From the NCBI RefSeq assembly GCF_009834535.1, contig NC_045697.1, positions 33,978,001 to 34,042,000 on the forward strand: DNA of 64,000 bases, given 5' to 3'. Source of the stretch: Camelus ferus. Lineage: Eukaryota. A model generated the notes under the pieces. That model worked only from the letters and a program-made list of their open reading frames with translations. It had not been told where the DNA came from and ran no database searches. The translations under genes and the position numbers were made by a program. Of the stretch, positions 25,951 through 39,199 are shown piece by piece. Position 1 is the stretch's first letter. Each line of letters starts with the position of its first letter.

Positions 25951-27334
25951 CATAATGTTTAGAAATATGAAAGTTAGTGCCAGAAGAAAAAGCTAAACGG
26001 GTTCAGTTATTTCTCTAGAGAGCTGGGTTAAAGGATGAAAAAGAGTGACCAGGGGCTGCTTTATTTCCTTAAAATCTTTTCATTTTTTTTGTACTATATG
26101 CATGTATTACATTGATAAAAATGAAATTTGATTTAAGTAAGAATTCATTTCTAAGAAGTGAGAGTATCATTTTATTTTATTATTCACTAAGCTCTTCAAG
26201 TCATAATGCCTATCACTTAGCCATTCATTCATTCATTGTACCACATTTATTATCTGACACTCTGTGCTCAGTGAGGAATAAAAAGATTTTTGGAATGTGT
26301 AGTTTGAGAAGTCTCACATGAAAAAAGTAAGAGAATAAATGCAGAGCAATATATACAATAATATTTTAAAAGCTTCTTATCATTATTATCAATTGGCAAA
26401 AGTAGGCATTTCTTCTAATGGGCAAGTTTTCAAAACATATTGGCATAACGTAATTGATTAAATAGTGGATACAATTTGCATTATACAGATTATGATTTAT
26501 TATTACATAAAACTCTTCAAAAATTATCATAGTGTGTATATGCAAAGTCATTTTGTGAGTATAGGAAAACATGTTCCATGTAAAACATGAACCCAGGCTA
26601 TTTTATTTTCATGCCTGGGTTCTCATTTGGCATCCACTTTTTAGCTTAATAGTGGAATTGTGATCTGTGTTACAATTCGTTTTGATGGTTTCCAGAATTA
26701 TTGAATTTGGTCTGGTCTTATGCACTGTTCAAGGTTTACTCAATGACATTTAGGTTGCTTTCTTTTTATCCATGCATCAGTCAATTTATTACTTTTAGCT
26801 TGCAGGAAGCATGTGCAAATTTTTTTTCCATTATTGAAATTCCCAAAAGAAATATAATTCGGTTGTGGCAAGGCTGAACCCCTCTAATCCCAAACCTCTT
26901 CTGCCCATTGAAACAGTGGTTTTCATTACACACTTCTTTATCAACCTGAGGTTTCTTTGGCAAGAACCATTGCATGAGTGCAGGACCAACATTCAGACGT
27001 TTAACAATAGAAAGCAGACAATGAAATAGCAACTCATAATCAGATAATGAAAACCACTGTGTTAATTTTGTCAATTCATCTCCATTAGTTGCATCCAGTG
27101 AGAGACAGGGGTCCAGGGGGGTCTAGGGCTGGGGCAGGAATGTTGGCAACATCCAACAGTTGAGGTAACTGCTAACAACGCCACCCTACATCAGATGCAC
27201 TTCATCTTCCATGTTCTTTCCCATCTCTGTTTTCTCTCTATTCTGTCTTTTTCTTCTTTTTTGTTTCCCATTACCCCTGTCTCCCTCCATGTCTCTATCC
27301 TGCAAACATCCTTATTTAACATGTGTTATGGCCA

Positions 27335-27480
27335 GGGCTAATAAGCAGTGTACGTGTATTAGCTTATTAATCCTCACCACAACCCTGTGGGATGGGTGTT
27401 TTCAGTATTTCCATTATACTAATAGAGAAACGAAGAGACAAGAGGAACTCCTGGAATTCACAGAGCTAGAAATCTCACAT
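27335..27480 (-). mobile_element. MIR SINE fragment
   Basis: TTAATCCTCACCACAACCCTGTGGGATGGG...CCATTATACTAATAGAGAAAC. Confidence 0.65.
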
Positions 27481-27614
27481 TCTTAATGATTACACTAGGC
27501 TTGCTTGTTACTTACACCCTGCTTAACCAGCTGTAAGGTACCACTGTCAACTCCCTCCCCTCAACACACCCAAGGCTTTGGGTATCTACTGACTCTTGAA
27601 GAATCCCAAGGGGT

Positions 27615-27702
27615 GGGAGAGGGTAGAGCTCGGTGGTATAATGCATGCTGAGCATGCAGAGGCCCTGCCTGGGTTCAATCCCCAGCACATCCATTAAAAA
27701 AA
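27615..27702 (+). mobile_element. tRNA-Ala-derived SINE (camelid Vic-1-like)
   Basis: GAGGGTAGAGCTCGGTGGTA...GCATGCTGAGCATGC...GGGTTCAATCCCCAGCACATCCATTAAAAAAA. It has an A box, a B box (GGTTCAATCC 27672-27681), a tRNA-Ala(AGC)-like body with an extra CCTG, and an A tail. Confidence 0.85.
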
Positions 27703-28206
27703 GAACAGCAGAAAAATTCCAGTTTCAACTAGTTCACTCAAGGTGGTCAGTCTTTTGCTGCAATGCAGTTGTTAGTTTTCCAATTTGCCTTTAGATTCTT
27801 AGACCATTTCTACTTCCAAAGCAATGTGAAAGGTTGTTACAAACAAGAGGAAAAAGTCAGATTTGCTGGATCTGAATTCACCCACGTGACAGGGCTGTTT
27901 TGGTTTTAGCCTCAGGGTGCCTTTTTCCTAAAGCTTACCTGGGCTTTATAAGCTGGCGTGGGCAGACTGTTGCTCCTAAAATGAGGAATAATTCCTGCCT
28001 ATTAGCAAGTGAGTTTACCTCCAGGAAACCATTGAAAGTCAGTACAAATCAGAAGCATTTCGGCAGGAGCCTAAATTAACCTGCAGGAGCCTTTCAGAGT
28101 GTTACTCCCAAGCACCGCGCGGTCAGCCCAGTCACGATTTTGGCTCTGCTAAAGTGGGAATGATTTTTGAAAGAGAACTTGCCTGTTGCTTTATGTTGTG
28201 GAAAAG

Positions 28207-28210
<4 letters not shown>

Positions 28211-28242
<32 letters not shown>
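28211..28242 (+). repeat. (TA)16 microsatellite
   Basis: Read directly. Confidence 0.95.
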
Positions 28243-28245
<3 letters not shown>

Positions 28246-31200
28246 AAAATGTGACTAATCTAAGGCCAGAAGACTTGAAAACAGAAGTTTTCTGATTAGT
28301 AATGCAAAGCTGGGATTCATGTCTTCTTGTATTTGTCAAAGTGGGGAAAATAAAATCCTACTAACCTATTCAGCTAGCTAAAAGGTTTCCATGACAACTG
28401 TGGGAACTTGGAACATTCCGTACTCCTGTCTTCAAAAATAACCTTTCCGTATAAGCAAAAGATTGTTAAAAGCACTAACCCACCTCAACTTTCCAGTCCA
28501 AGGTAACTACCTGACCATTATCTTGGTCTCTTAACTACCCTGGAAAAACTTCAAATAGTCTGTTTACCCTACATCACAGAAGTAAAACTTCAGATAACTA
28601 GCCCGGGATAAACTGTGTTTAATCTCAGCAGGTTAATAGCTTTTTATTATGCGCTCATTAGTTTTTCCAGAGGAAAGTGAACTTACTTCCATGCAAAGGA
28701 ATTATAGATATAAAGGTTGTTTCTTCTCTCCTTTTAAAGCCAATCAAGTTGAAAATAGAAAATATATAGTTATCTCTTAAATAAAAATTTTCCTGAAAGG
28801 CTAGCAACACATGCTCATGGTAGATAACATAGGAAATATAGAAAAATACTAAGGAAGAAATAAAATACCCATTATCTCACAACGCAGAGAGTCTAACCAT
28901 TGTTAAAATGTTTATATATTCTCTTCTAGTATTTGTATCGTTATCTCTATTTTGTTTGTTCATTTTTTTAAACTGAACGATTCTGTAACTTTGACCCATT
29001 GAGATAAGCTTAGATAATGGAAGTTTTATTACGAAAAAAAAAAAAAAACACACATAGTAGATAATCACTTGGGTGGCAGTGCCTCTGAGACTGACTCCAT
29101 AAAGAACCAAAACAATATCTTCCTGAATACTCACTGTAATTAACCTACCTCATCTGTGCACTGGCATTCTTATTTCTCCAGAAAGAGGTTCTGATTGGTC
29201 TGTTGGCCATTATCCAACATGGAACATCTCTCTGCCTGACTTACCCCATCCTTGCCCAGGTTACACATTTAGTTTCAGATAGCCCAAATGGCAGAAACTG
29301 CAGACACCTCGCAGACCATTTCAACCTTCCTTGTGCAGAAGAGAGTCTCAAACTCTCCTCACCAGTATACCTTACACACAATTTTATATCTTTTTCTCCC
29401 TGACATTAATCATCAATGGTATTTCGAGAGTGGAACTGTAGAAGCAATTCACCCCAGTACAGGCAATAAGGGAGGGGAGGTGTTATGAAGAAATTAAAAG
29501 CAATAATTAATAAATAAAACCAAGTAAAATTTAGCCTTCTTTATATTAGCGCAATGCTCCCACAATTCTAAATATCAAGAATAAAATACTCTTTCTCCAA
29601 AAATATTTTTCATTGGTCTAGTTTCTAAACAATTAGTGAAGACATGATGGATTTGACTTATACAATATATATTTAAGCTTCAAAGTAGCTCATTTTAGTT
29701 CTTACATTTTAATTAACTTTGTGATCTACATGGGAGTTAATTCAAAGGACTCTGTGTAGTCCATGACAAAAAATTAGCTGCATGTGTTCCTCTCTTCTCA
29801 AAAGTAGGCTCCATATGGTTCAGAATCATTCGCGCTCACTTCGAGGGCAGTTGATGTATTCAACTCCTGTGTTCCTGTATATCCCTGCACTTAGTAGATC
29901 TGAAATAAATCATGGTAGCACAGTGGTTGTAAAGATAAAGTAATAGAACTCGCATTACTTCAGTTTTGTCATTCTGTGTGCAAATCATCCTCTGAAACTG
30001 GGAATTCAGCCTTTTGGCAGTATTTCTCCATGTGCTTTGGCCCCTTTCCTTCCAAAAAAATACGTTCTTAACATTAATTTATTGCTTTTTCCTTTGCTGT
30101 ACTCTAATATTTATTTTTTAATCAATTTTGGTTTATTTTATTTATTGACATGTAATCATATAATAGGTTCAAGTTTAGATGAATTTTACTATTCATATTT
30201 CTTTTCTGGCCATTGCTACTGTTTGTTACATTTCATGATTATTACTGAAATCAATTTTGTCCTGTAGAGGAGGAAGGGTATTTAAAATGAATCATTCTAA
30301 TATATTAAAATGCAAAATAAATAAATAAATGAATGAATAAAATGATTCATTCCAGATATCTTATACTGAAGGTATCCCATTGTCTATCATATTTGAAGTA
30401 TTTAATCATATTAGATTTTCATTATAAATACTATTCTACTATCATAGTATTTCTTTCTCCACATGTACCAGGATTTATTTAACTATTAATCTATTATTGG
30501 ACAATTAGCTTGCTTCCAAGTTCTACTACTGTAAATAGTGCTATATTGAATATCTTTGTACACATTTTACTTCTGCTTTCTGACTTTGCCTCAGTCTAAT
30601 TTTATTTGACTGCTTATAGGCAGTAAACAGAGCCAAAAGCCAGGACAAGAGCACCACAATCGATTATCCACAAACTAGATGATGTGAGTCATCACTGCAG
30701 TGAACTCTAGCTTATTCAATAGTTAATTATCCACAAGCTGAGTATCCATAATTTATATGACCTACCTACAGCATCCTAGAAAAAAACAAAAATGTAAAAA
30801 CAAAAAAATTTTTTTGGTGAATTGTCTTTAAAAAGTCTTAAGGCTCTCCTCTTTCTTGTGTATGCATCTATTATTTATGTGCAGTATTCCTGAACATTTC
30901 CTTCTATCATGTTATGCAGAGGCTCTGCCGAATAAAATCCTCCCAGGCAGCTCCTAGTCATCTAGGACATCCTAATCTGCTATATTTATTCATGTTTCAA
31001 TGCACACACTAAATAAGAAATTGGCAAGACAATGCAAGGGGCTATGGATACTCAGCTTTGTTCTTAAGCTTGGAGTCAGGCGCCATTTCTCCTGGTAGTT
31101 TATTTCCTACCAAATTTATGTGCAGAATATAAGGAGAATCTGATTTACACCCACACCAAAGAAGCAGCCCTGCCCTAAAATCACAATGCAGTGCATTTGC

Positions 31201-31824
31201 GAGAGGATTGTTCTGCGAGAGACGGGGCAAGGTCATGTTTAGACGTTTGGGTGAAGTGCCGGATTGCCTGAGTTTGAATCCCACCAGCTGGTGGGGTGAC
31301 CCTGATCAAGTCAGAGGCTGTACTAGGTTCTGGGACAAAAGAATAAACAAGTTATAGCCCCTGTCTGATGGAAAATTACAGTTTAGGAAAAGAGACAATT
31401 AAAAAGATTCTTATACAAGAGAATGCTGATAAAGGCATTTCACCCAGTCTCAGGATATCTGCCAGTTACTATATTATTATTGACATTGATGTTACCTGCC
31501 ATAGATTGAATCTCTTAGAAAGTAGACCACAGATACACAAACATTGAAGGCAGATTTCCTCTTTCTCTCATACACATACACACATACACACACATGTATT
31601 GAAGATAGATTCTTTCTACACATGCATATGCATATATATTTATATACATACAAATATTTGCATACATTCATAAGTATATTTTTCCTTCAGGAAAAATGGA
31701 TGGATGCTCCCACCATCCCCCTTTACTATTTGCCCTCTTCTTCATTATTTTTTTCCTTCTCTCTCAACCAAGAGTTACCTACCTGGCTCAAATCCAGATT
31801 CTACCTCTTGCCAGTTTTCTGACC

Positions 31825-31990
31825 TCTCCCAAATTTACTTGACTTCACTAAGCCTCAGTTTCTCCGTCTTGTGAGATGAAAATTAAAAACAATATCATCT
31901 CATAGGGATTTTATGGAGATTATAAGCAATGATACTTATAAAATGCTAAAGATAATGCCAGCCACTTAGTTAAGAATTCAGTTGATGTTA
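31825..31990 (+). mobile_element. MIR SINE
   Basis: TTACTTGACTTCACTAAGCCTCAGTTTCTCCGTCT...CTCATAGGGATTTTATGGAGATT. Confidence 0.7.
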
Positions 31991-33059
31991 AGTTGCTTTT
32001 ACAATCAGTATGCAAATTACCACAGTCAATATAAGATCATTCATAGACTTGGAGCTCATTATTATTACCCTCCCTCCGGGCTCTTACAATTACAGAGAAC
32101 ACTTATTGAACTTTTATAGGGAATGTAAAATTATCTGTGCAAGGAAGGCACTATTTTCTATGGCTCTCTATGAACAATCAGCTACAGCAGACTGGTTCCA
32201 ATTATTGCATGTTGCCCAGATAAGAAGCTCTTTTCTCCACACACCCTCATCACCCCTATAAGTGTCACATGACCCCAGTGCTCAATTCCAGAGTGTGAAG
32301 AAGATTGCTACCCACCCAAGAAAGCCAAATGGAAGATTGAGCAACATCTTAGGCACACAGGCAGGCATCGCGCCTACAGGAAATTTGAAAGACAGTACAC
32401 TGGTTGCTCTCAATGCGGAATTCTCACCAGTGGGAGATGAGAAGGGAAACTGGAAGCCTGAGCTTTGTCCCCGTCTTCTCACAAGGGTCATAATGTCTCA
32501 TCCTCAGTACTGCTGGCCACCTGTACTTACCATGTGGAGCCTGGGATCTAGATCCTTTTGGATCTAGCTGCTGTCCAAATGGCCATTCCCGCTCAGCTAA
32601 AGCAGATTGCTTTTTCAGACTAGAGAAGGAGATCAAAAACTAGATTAAGTCAATTTTCAAATTGTCTTCATGTCATCCTTGAAATGAAGCCTTTGAAAAT
32701 CCAAGAGCTGAACTTTTGACAACTTTGTTCCCTGGGTCTATCTTGATAACTTCCTTTTAAGCCAATGAGTAGTTTACAAACAACTACCTGGGCAAAGGCA
32801 TGTAAGGAAGAGCTTCAGGGTACAATTCAATGAAGCACGTAAGGAAGAGACCACAAAGGGTGCAATTGACGTTAATTTCCTCTTTACATTTACGGCAGGT
32901 GAGCCTTGGTAAGAGAGCAATAGAGAGGAAGCACTCCACAGTCGTCTAACTCTTTGTAACCAATCCCACCCTTAGTCTGACTGCAGATGCAGTGCTGAAA
33001 TAGTCACCACATTGCTGGGGCAGAGAAGGGGCGAAGGGTTAGATCAGGAGAGGCAACCT

Positions 33060-33235
33060 CTAGCATGGCTAAGACCATGTACTCTGAAATCAAAAAGATC
33101 TGTGTTCCGATCCTCCTTCAGGTCCTGCAAGCTAAGTGACCCTGGACAAATCACTCAACCCCTCTGAGCTCTGGCTTCCTCGGTTGATAAACTGGATGCT
33201 GGTGACAGTTCTGACTTCACAAGGTTATTATTTAA
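33060..33235 (+). mobile_element. MIR SINE
   Basis: TAGCATGGCTAAGACCATG...GTGACCCTGGACAAATCACTCAACCCCTCTGAGC. Confidence 0.7.
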
Positions 33236-34396
33236 TAATAGTAAAGTTTTGGCATAAAGGCCCAATCAGCAGATGTTAGCTGCTGTGACTTTCAAGGGCC
33301 ATGGATGGAGGGAGGTTTAAGTCAAGAAAAGTTTATCGTGTCTGTGCGCTGCTGTGCCAAGCCTGTGCTATTAGGTTTCCAAGATTAGGAAACCACTTGA
33401 TGCCTTGTCTAATGTCAGCAGCTCATTTCTGTTGCGCAAAATTCCCATTTGCAGGCCTCTCAGAAACTGTTATAGAATGAAGCACATAAAAGATTCATGC
33501 ACATTTGGTAGTTACCTCCTGGATAACACTTCTCAGGGGATTGATTAAGGAATTTAATTTAAACCAACAGAACCAGTAGTATTTCTGCTGATCCCTTGTG
33601 TAACTGTGTTAGTGAACATAAATATACATGGACAGGCTTTGGGTATTCTGTGATTCTTACAATTATCCAGTTCAAAGGAAAGCAAACTGATTACCATATG
33701 CATGAAACAGAGGAAGAGAAAGTTCTGTTCCATGTCAGCAGCAGGGGAAAGGTGGTTTTGAAATATGAATGTCCTGCTACTTTTATTTGTTTTCTATGCT
33801 TGTATAAAGAAAATAATCACCAAAATATGATACATGAAAGTAAACTGAGTGTACTTTTCTTCTCAAGTCGCTGTGTTCAAACTTTGACCAAAAGTCACAC
33901 TCACTAACGTAACCCCCGCAGTAGTATGCACACCCAAGGGATGGAATGCCAATAATCCTTTTCTTGTATTTGATTGACATGATGTGCTTCATAATGTCTA
34001 GCATTATATTGGACAGCAAAGAGCTCTTTTGCAATATCTTTCATACAAGCTTAATAGATAAATAAAAAGCAGAAATTCTCTGGTTCAAATGTAGGTTACA
34101 TGCCTGAAACGTTGGCCTTGTAGCCTCCCTCTCAGTCCTCAGAAGTATCCCCTGAAATGACCCTGTGTCATCTAAAGACTCAGAAGAACATAGTTTGAAA
34201 ACATGTGTGATGCATTGCTTTATTATGCATCTTCACACTATTTTCTTTTAACCTCTCAAATGCCCTGCGATGTAAATCTTAACACTCTCACTTTAGCAGA
34301 TCAAGAAACCAAGATTCCAAAGGGAAATATTTTTCAAGGTCACTCAGCTATGGGTCTCAGCATTTGGACTCAAACCCAAATCCTCTTGCTCTAAAG

Positions 34397-34620
34397 CAGG
34401 GTATCCTAACGTTGGTGCTACTGATGTTTGCAGCTGGATGATCCTTTGGTCTGTGGGTCTGTCCTGCATGTCATAGAATATTTAACAGCATCCTTGGCTT
34501 CTACCTGCTAGAAGTCCCTGTGTGCTGTCCCTGTAATGACAATCAAAAGTGTCTTCAGACATTATCAAAGGCCCCATACACTGGAGTGAGGGGATAAAAT
34601 GGCCCCTGGTGGACAACCAG
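34397..34620 (+). mobile_element. hAT-Charlie MER20-like element
   Basis: CTGTCCTGCATGTCATAGAATATTTAACAGCATCCTTGGCTTCTACC...GACAATCAAAAGTGTCTTCAGACATT. Confidence 0.8.
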
Positions 34621-34639
34621 GGCTCTTAATCTGGTATGC

Positions 34640-35135
34640 AGGGATCCTAAAAGGGCTCATGGGTAGGATTCTAGGGGTCCTTGAACTTGGGCGGAAAAGA
34701 TATGCATTTTTATCTTCACCAAACTCTTTTACAAATTTAATGTTTCTTTCCACGTTAAATGTAAGCAACAGACCTTAATAAAATTATCAGAACTTGTGAC
34801 TTTAAACCAGAAGAAAGTACCAACATACCCTATTTTCTGTCCAATTACAGTTATTGCAGGTATTTCAAAATGCCACTGAACATTAGGGTAAATGACTCTA
34901 ATTGCTACTTCAAAATTATGCTAGATAGTTGACCAACTGTCTGATCTTATTTAAGACATTACTGCAGAAGCATGTATATTACTGTATTTCTTAATTTTTG
35001 TTAGTTATATTTCAAGATATTTCCCTTTGTGATCCTTTCTTTACTCTTCTGCATCTATACATTTTCTGAGATGGCATCCATAGGTTTAACCTGACTGTGA
35101 GAGGGGTCTATGACACAAAAAGTCCACAAAGCCCT
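34640..35135. mobile_element. Probable hAT-Charlie element (MER113-like)
   Basis: TAGGATTCTAGGGGTCCTTGAACTTG near the start and CATCCATAGGTTTAAC...GGGGTCTATGACACAAAAAG near the end. From memory. Confidence 0.45.
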
Positions 35136-36369
35136 ATTCTAAAGCTTCTGTGTCTTACCACTTATACTTGGGGAGACATCTGGTAAAGTTGTTTAGTGTC
35201 CAAGAGCACAGACTCTATTCTACCTGCATTCAAATGACTGGCTGTAACCTTAACTAACTCTCTAAACCTCAGTTTCTTCATTTGTCAAAAGAGAACACTA
35301 CTAATAGGTATCTCATGCTGGCTTCCATAAGGTTAAGTTTTTAGCTCAGTGCCCGGCACTTGGTCGGGACTTAATAACTACAAGTTATTATTTAGTGTCT
35401 TATGATGTGGCCTCTATTCACATGGAATTGTCTAGTAAGTATTTTGCCAATAGCCACGGCATAGACAAAGCACAGAAATCTCTGAAATAGATGCCAGGGA
35501 ATGTAAAATACTTACATTCCTGTCTCTCCTGGCTGGTGGTGGTTATCATTTTCCATTTGCAGGGGATGTATAAGAAATTCATTTTCTTTAAGAAGGATCT
35601 GAAAGTGCTCAAAATTGCATTTGTTCCTGGACACTGTGAGGATGGAAACAGCATGTATTTCACAGTGCTGAGCTCGGCGGGTGAGAAAGCAGCAGGAACA
35701 GTGACAACAGAAGTAAACTGGGAATTGCTGGACTGGGTGGAGCTTCAGTCCCCAGGTTCCTGCCTTTTCCCTGCCCCTTGGTGCCAATTACCAACAGACC
35801 CCTGCAGACCACATTTTTCCATCCCTGCTCAATTCTCACTCAAAAGGATTTCTTTTCTCTTGTGATGCCAATTCATGATAAATGCTCACAGAGGCATGAC
35901 AATTTCAATTGCCAGACCATCTGGCTACTGGATATTTTACCGTGATTTTTAGAGCCAGGAGCTTTACTAGTTGCCCTGTTTCTAAGGAAACAGAAGCTAC
36001 AGTGACAATTCGTGACTTAGATGAACTGTCTCACTGCTCATTACAGACGGCCTCTGGGGGTCAGCAGGCACGAGTTGTACTTGTGTTCTTGCAGCCAGAG
36101 CACTAGGCGCCATGCTGCTCACTCTCATTCTTCTTATTTGCATCCCTCCCTTCTGAACCACTTGGGGAACCAAACTGAGGTATGACCTGAGCATAGGAAA
36201 GTCCTTATTCAACCCTCTTTCTCTGGGATGGATGAATGGATGGATGGAGTCAGTCATTCAGTAATTCAGTCAACAAACAAATATTGAGCATTTGAACATC
36301 AGGTCACTTCCACACTTAAGCAGTTCAGGATAAAGTCCAAGTTCCTTAGTTCAGCAAATAAACAAAATC

Positions 36370-36608
36370 CAATGGTAGTCAAACTGCATTCATTAACGGG
36401 TGAAACCAATTTAGTGGGTGATGACAAGCATTTTTAGAAATGGATACAATAGAATAAGACAGAATAAAGGAAAATGCATTCTAAGTATCAAGAGTAAATG
36501 TTGCTTCATGAAATTTTTCTTAAATATTTTTTGTGTGTTGTATTGACCTGAAAGGTAAAATGCATTTCTTGTTGGAGAGTGACGTGAAGAAAAGTTTGAA
36601 AGACACTG
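36370..36608. mobile_element. hAT-Charlie non-autonomous element
   Basis: CAATGGTAGTCAAAC start, AAACCAATTTAGTGGGT interior, AAAAGTTTGAAAGACACTG end (degenerate Charlie TIRs). Confidence 0.6.
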
Positions 36609-37870
36609 GCTGCAAAAGCCCTTTTACCCACCTCCCTCCCATCTCTCATTGTGACATCAAAATTCATTTTCATGAATTTCATGCTGCACTGCCCCAGTTC
36701 TCTAAAAGCACACATTCTTTTATGGTTCTAGGGTCTTGCACCGTGCACTCTTACTTTAGATTACAACACATCCACCAGTGCCTGGCTCACAGCTCCTTGT
36801 CCTACCTCTAGCCTCTTCCAGGAAATGTCTCCCCGCCACCAACTTGGGTTGAGTCTCCTTCTAACAGCTCATAAGCCCCTCTTGCATCCTAGTGCATGTA
36901 TACCTTTCAACTGTACTTGTTTTTTTATTTTTTCAACTATATGCTCTTGAGGATCACAGCTACGTATAATTGGATGTCACAGCTGCAGGTTTAACTTCCA
37001 CTGGAGACTGTGAAAAGCAGCCAAGCCTGAGAAATAGTAATCTAGTTCAAGTGTGAGATGCTCATTAGTGGTGGTGATACACTGGATGATTTTTGCCTAG
37101 AACATTAAATGACAGTAGTATTAAAGAGTATTGAACCACTTCTTGAGAAAGTTATTCCCTTTGCAAATCTTACTCATCTTTCTGATTACAAAAGGGAGAA
37201 AGAAAAATATGTTTGTTGTGTTAAAGGATAGGTTTTGTAAAAAAGGAAAATTATGACTCTCCTACCAATATGAAATGAACATGTATGAACGATTTAACTC
37301 GTTGATTAATAAGGGAACCAGTCAGATGCTGCAACCGGATGAAAGGAAGGTTCAAAGGACTCCGCATATTTAGACAAATAAGAAATGCTGAAATGAAATT
37401 ACAAGTAGAAGCAAAGGGGTCTGTTCACAAGACAATAATCGATTTCACGTCACTTGACACAATAAATTTGTGTTTCTATGGATAAGAATCACTTGCCTTA
37501 TCATTATTTTCTACAACTTAGTGAGTTGTAAAGTAGCTCAAAGGACAATGAAAAGCTGAGATAACATAGAAGGGCTATCTTTTTGGTCCCTTTCAGTCTT
37601 TTGTAATTTTTCCCAACTGGTACAAGTCTTTCCTCTCCCTCCAATAATGCTAGTCTTCTTTGTAACAGATAGACAGCAAGCCACTCTCTCTGAGCTGGTC
37701 ATAAAGCCATGACTAGCTGGAATTGGATAGCATCATCTTGTTTTTTTGTCATTACCTTACACTTATCTTTTATTATTTACAGTAAATCATTTTAATTCAT
37801 TGTATTGGTGCAAATTTTTTGTTTAAAAATGTATTAATATACTAAGTCTACTGAAAGAAAATAATGAGAA

Positions 37871-38819
37871 CAACCCAGTCCAAAAATGGGCAGAAGACCT
37901 AAACAAGCAACTCTCCAAGGAAGACATACAAATGATCAAAAAGCACATGAAAAAATGCTCAATATCACTAATTATCAGAGAAATGCAAATCAAAACTACA
38001 ATGAGGTATCACCTCACACCAGTCAGAATGGCCGTCATTCAAAAATCCACAAATGACAAATGCTGGAGAGGCTGTGGAGAAAGGGGAACTTTCCTACACT
38101 GCTGGTGGGAATGCAGTTTGGTACAGCCACTGTGGAAAACAGTGTGGAGATTCCTCAAAAGACTAGGAATAGACTTACCATATGACCCAGGAATCCCACT
38201 CCTGGGCTTGTATCCAGAAGGAAATCTACTTCAGGATGACACCTGCACCCCAGTGTTCATAGCAGCACTATTTACAATAGCCAAAACATGGAAACAGCCT
38301 AAATGTCCATCAACAGGTGACTGGATAAAGAAGAGGTGGTATAGTTATACAATGGAATACTACTCAGCCATAAAAACCGACAACATAATGCCATTTGCAG
38401 CAACATGGATGCTCCTGGAGAATGTCATTCTAAGTGAAGTAAGCCAGAAAGAGAAAGAAAAATACCATATGAGATCGCTCATATGTGGAATCTAAAAAAC
38501 AAAAACAAAAACAAACAAACAAACAAAAACAAAGCGTAAATAAAGGACAGAAATAGACTCACAGACAGAGAATACAGACTTGTGGTTACCAGGGGGGTGG
38601 AGGGTGGGAAGGGATAGACTGGGATTTCAAAATTGTAGAACAGACTACACTGTATAGCACAGGGAAATATACACAAAATATTATGATAACTCACAGAGAA
38701 AAAAATGTGACAATGAGTGTGTATATGTCCATGAATAACTGAAAAATTGTGCTGAACACTGGAATTTGACACAACATTGTAAAATGATTATAAACCAATA
38801 AAAAATGTTAAAAAAAAAA
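37871..38819 (+). mobile_element. Young 5'-truncated L1 (ORF2 C-terminus, 3'UTR, polyA) with perfect TSD
   Basis: ORF 37932-38495 is the L1 ORF2 C-terminus, including the CCHC motif [24 protein letters not shown] and an A tail follow. TSD GAAAATAATGAGAA at 37857-37870 and 38820-38833. Confidence 0.97.
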
Positions 38820-38889
38820 GAAAATAATGAGAAAAATCACAGGACATTGATACAAATATTAGGAGGCCATTTATATACTGTTAGAACAG

Positions 38890-39085
38890 ACTTCAAAACA
38901 GACTCTCTGGGATCAAGTAACTTTAATAAGTTCCTTAAGCTCTCTACACTTCAGCTATTTTATTTGTAAAATGTGTTTTTCTGTAAAATGGACATAATAA
39001 TAGTATCTACCTCATAATGTTATTGTGAAGATTATTTAATACTTAGAATAGTATCTGCATATAGCAAATACTGAATATAAATTAA
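38890..39085 (+). mobile_element. MIR SINE
   Basis: CTGTAAAATGGACATAATAATAGTATCTACCTCATAATGTTATTGTGAAGATT. Confidence 0.75.
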
Positions 39086-39199
39086 TCATCACAATTATTG
39101 TTTTTATTACTATAATTATATGACAGAAGTTGTGAGGACAGTATGCATGTAATGGTAGTTTGGGAAACACTGGTGTCTATAGCAACAACCAACTTATAG

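Noticed and set aside
27615..27693. tRNA-Ala gene
   Set aside because: An extra CCTG, degenerate D/anticodon loops and an A tail rather than a T-run terminator indicate a SINE.
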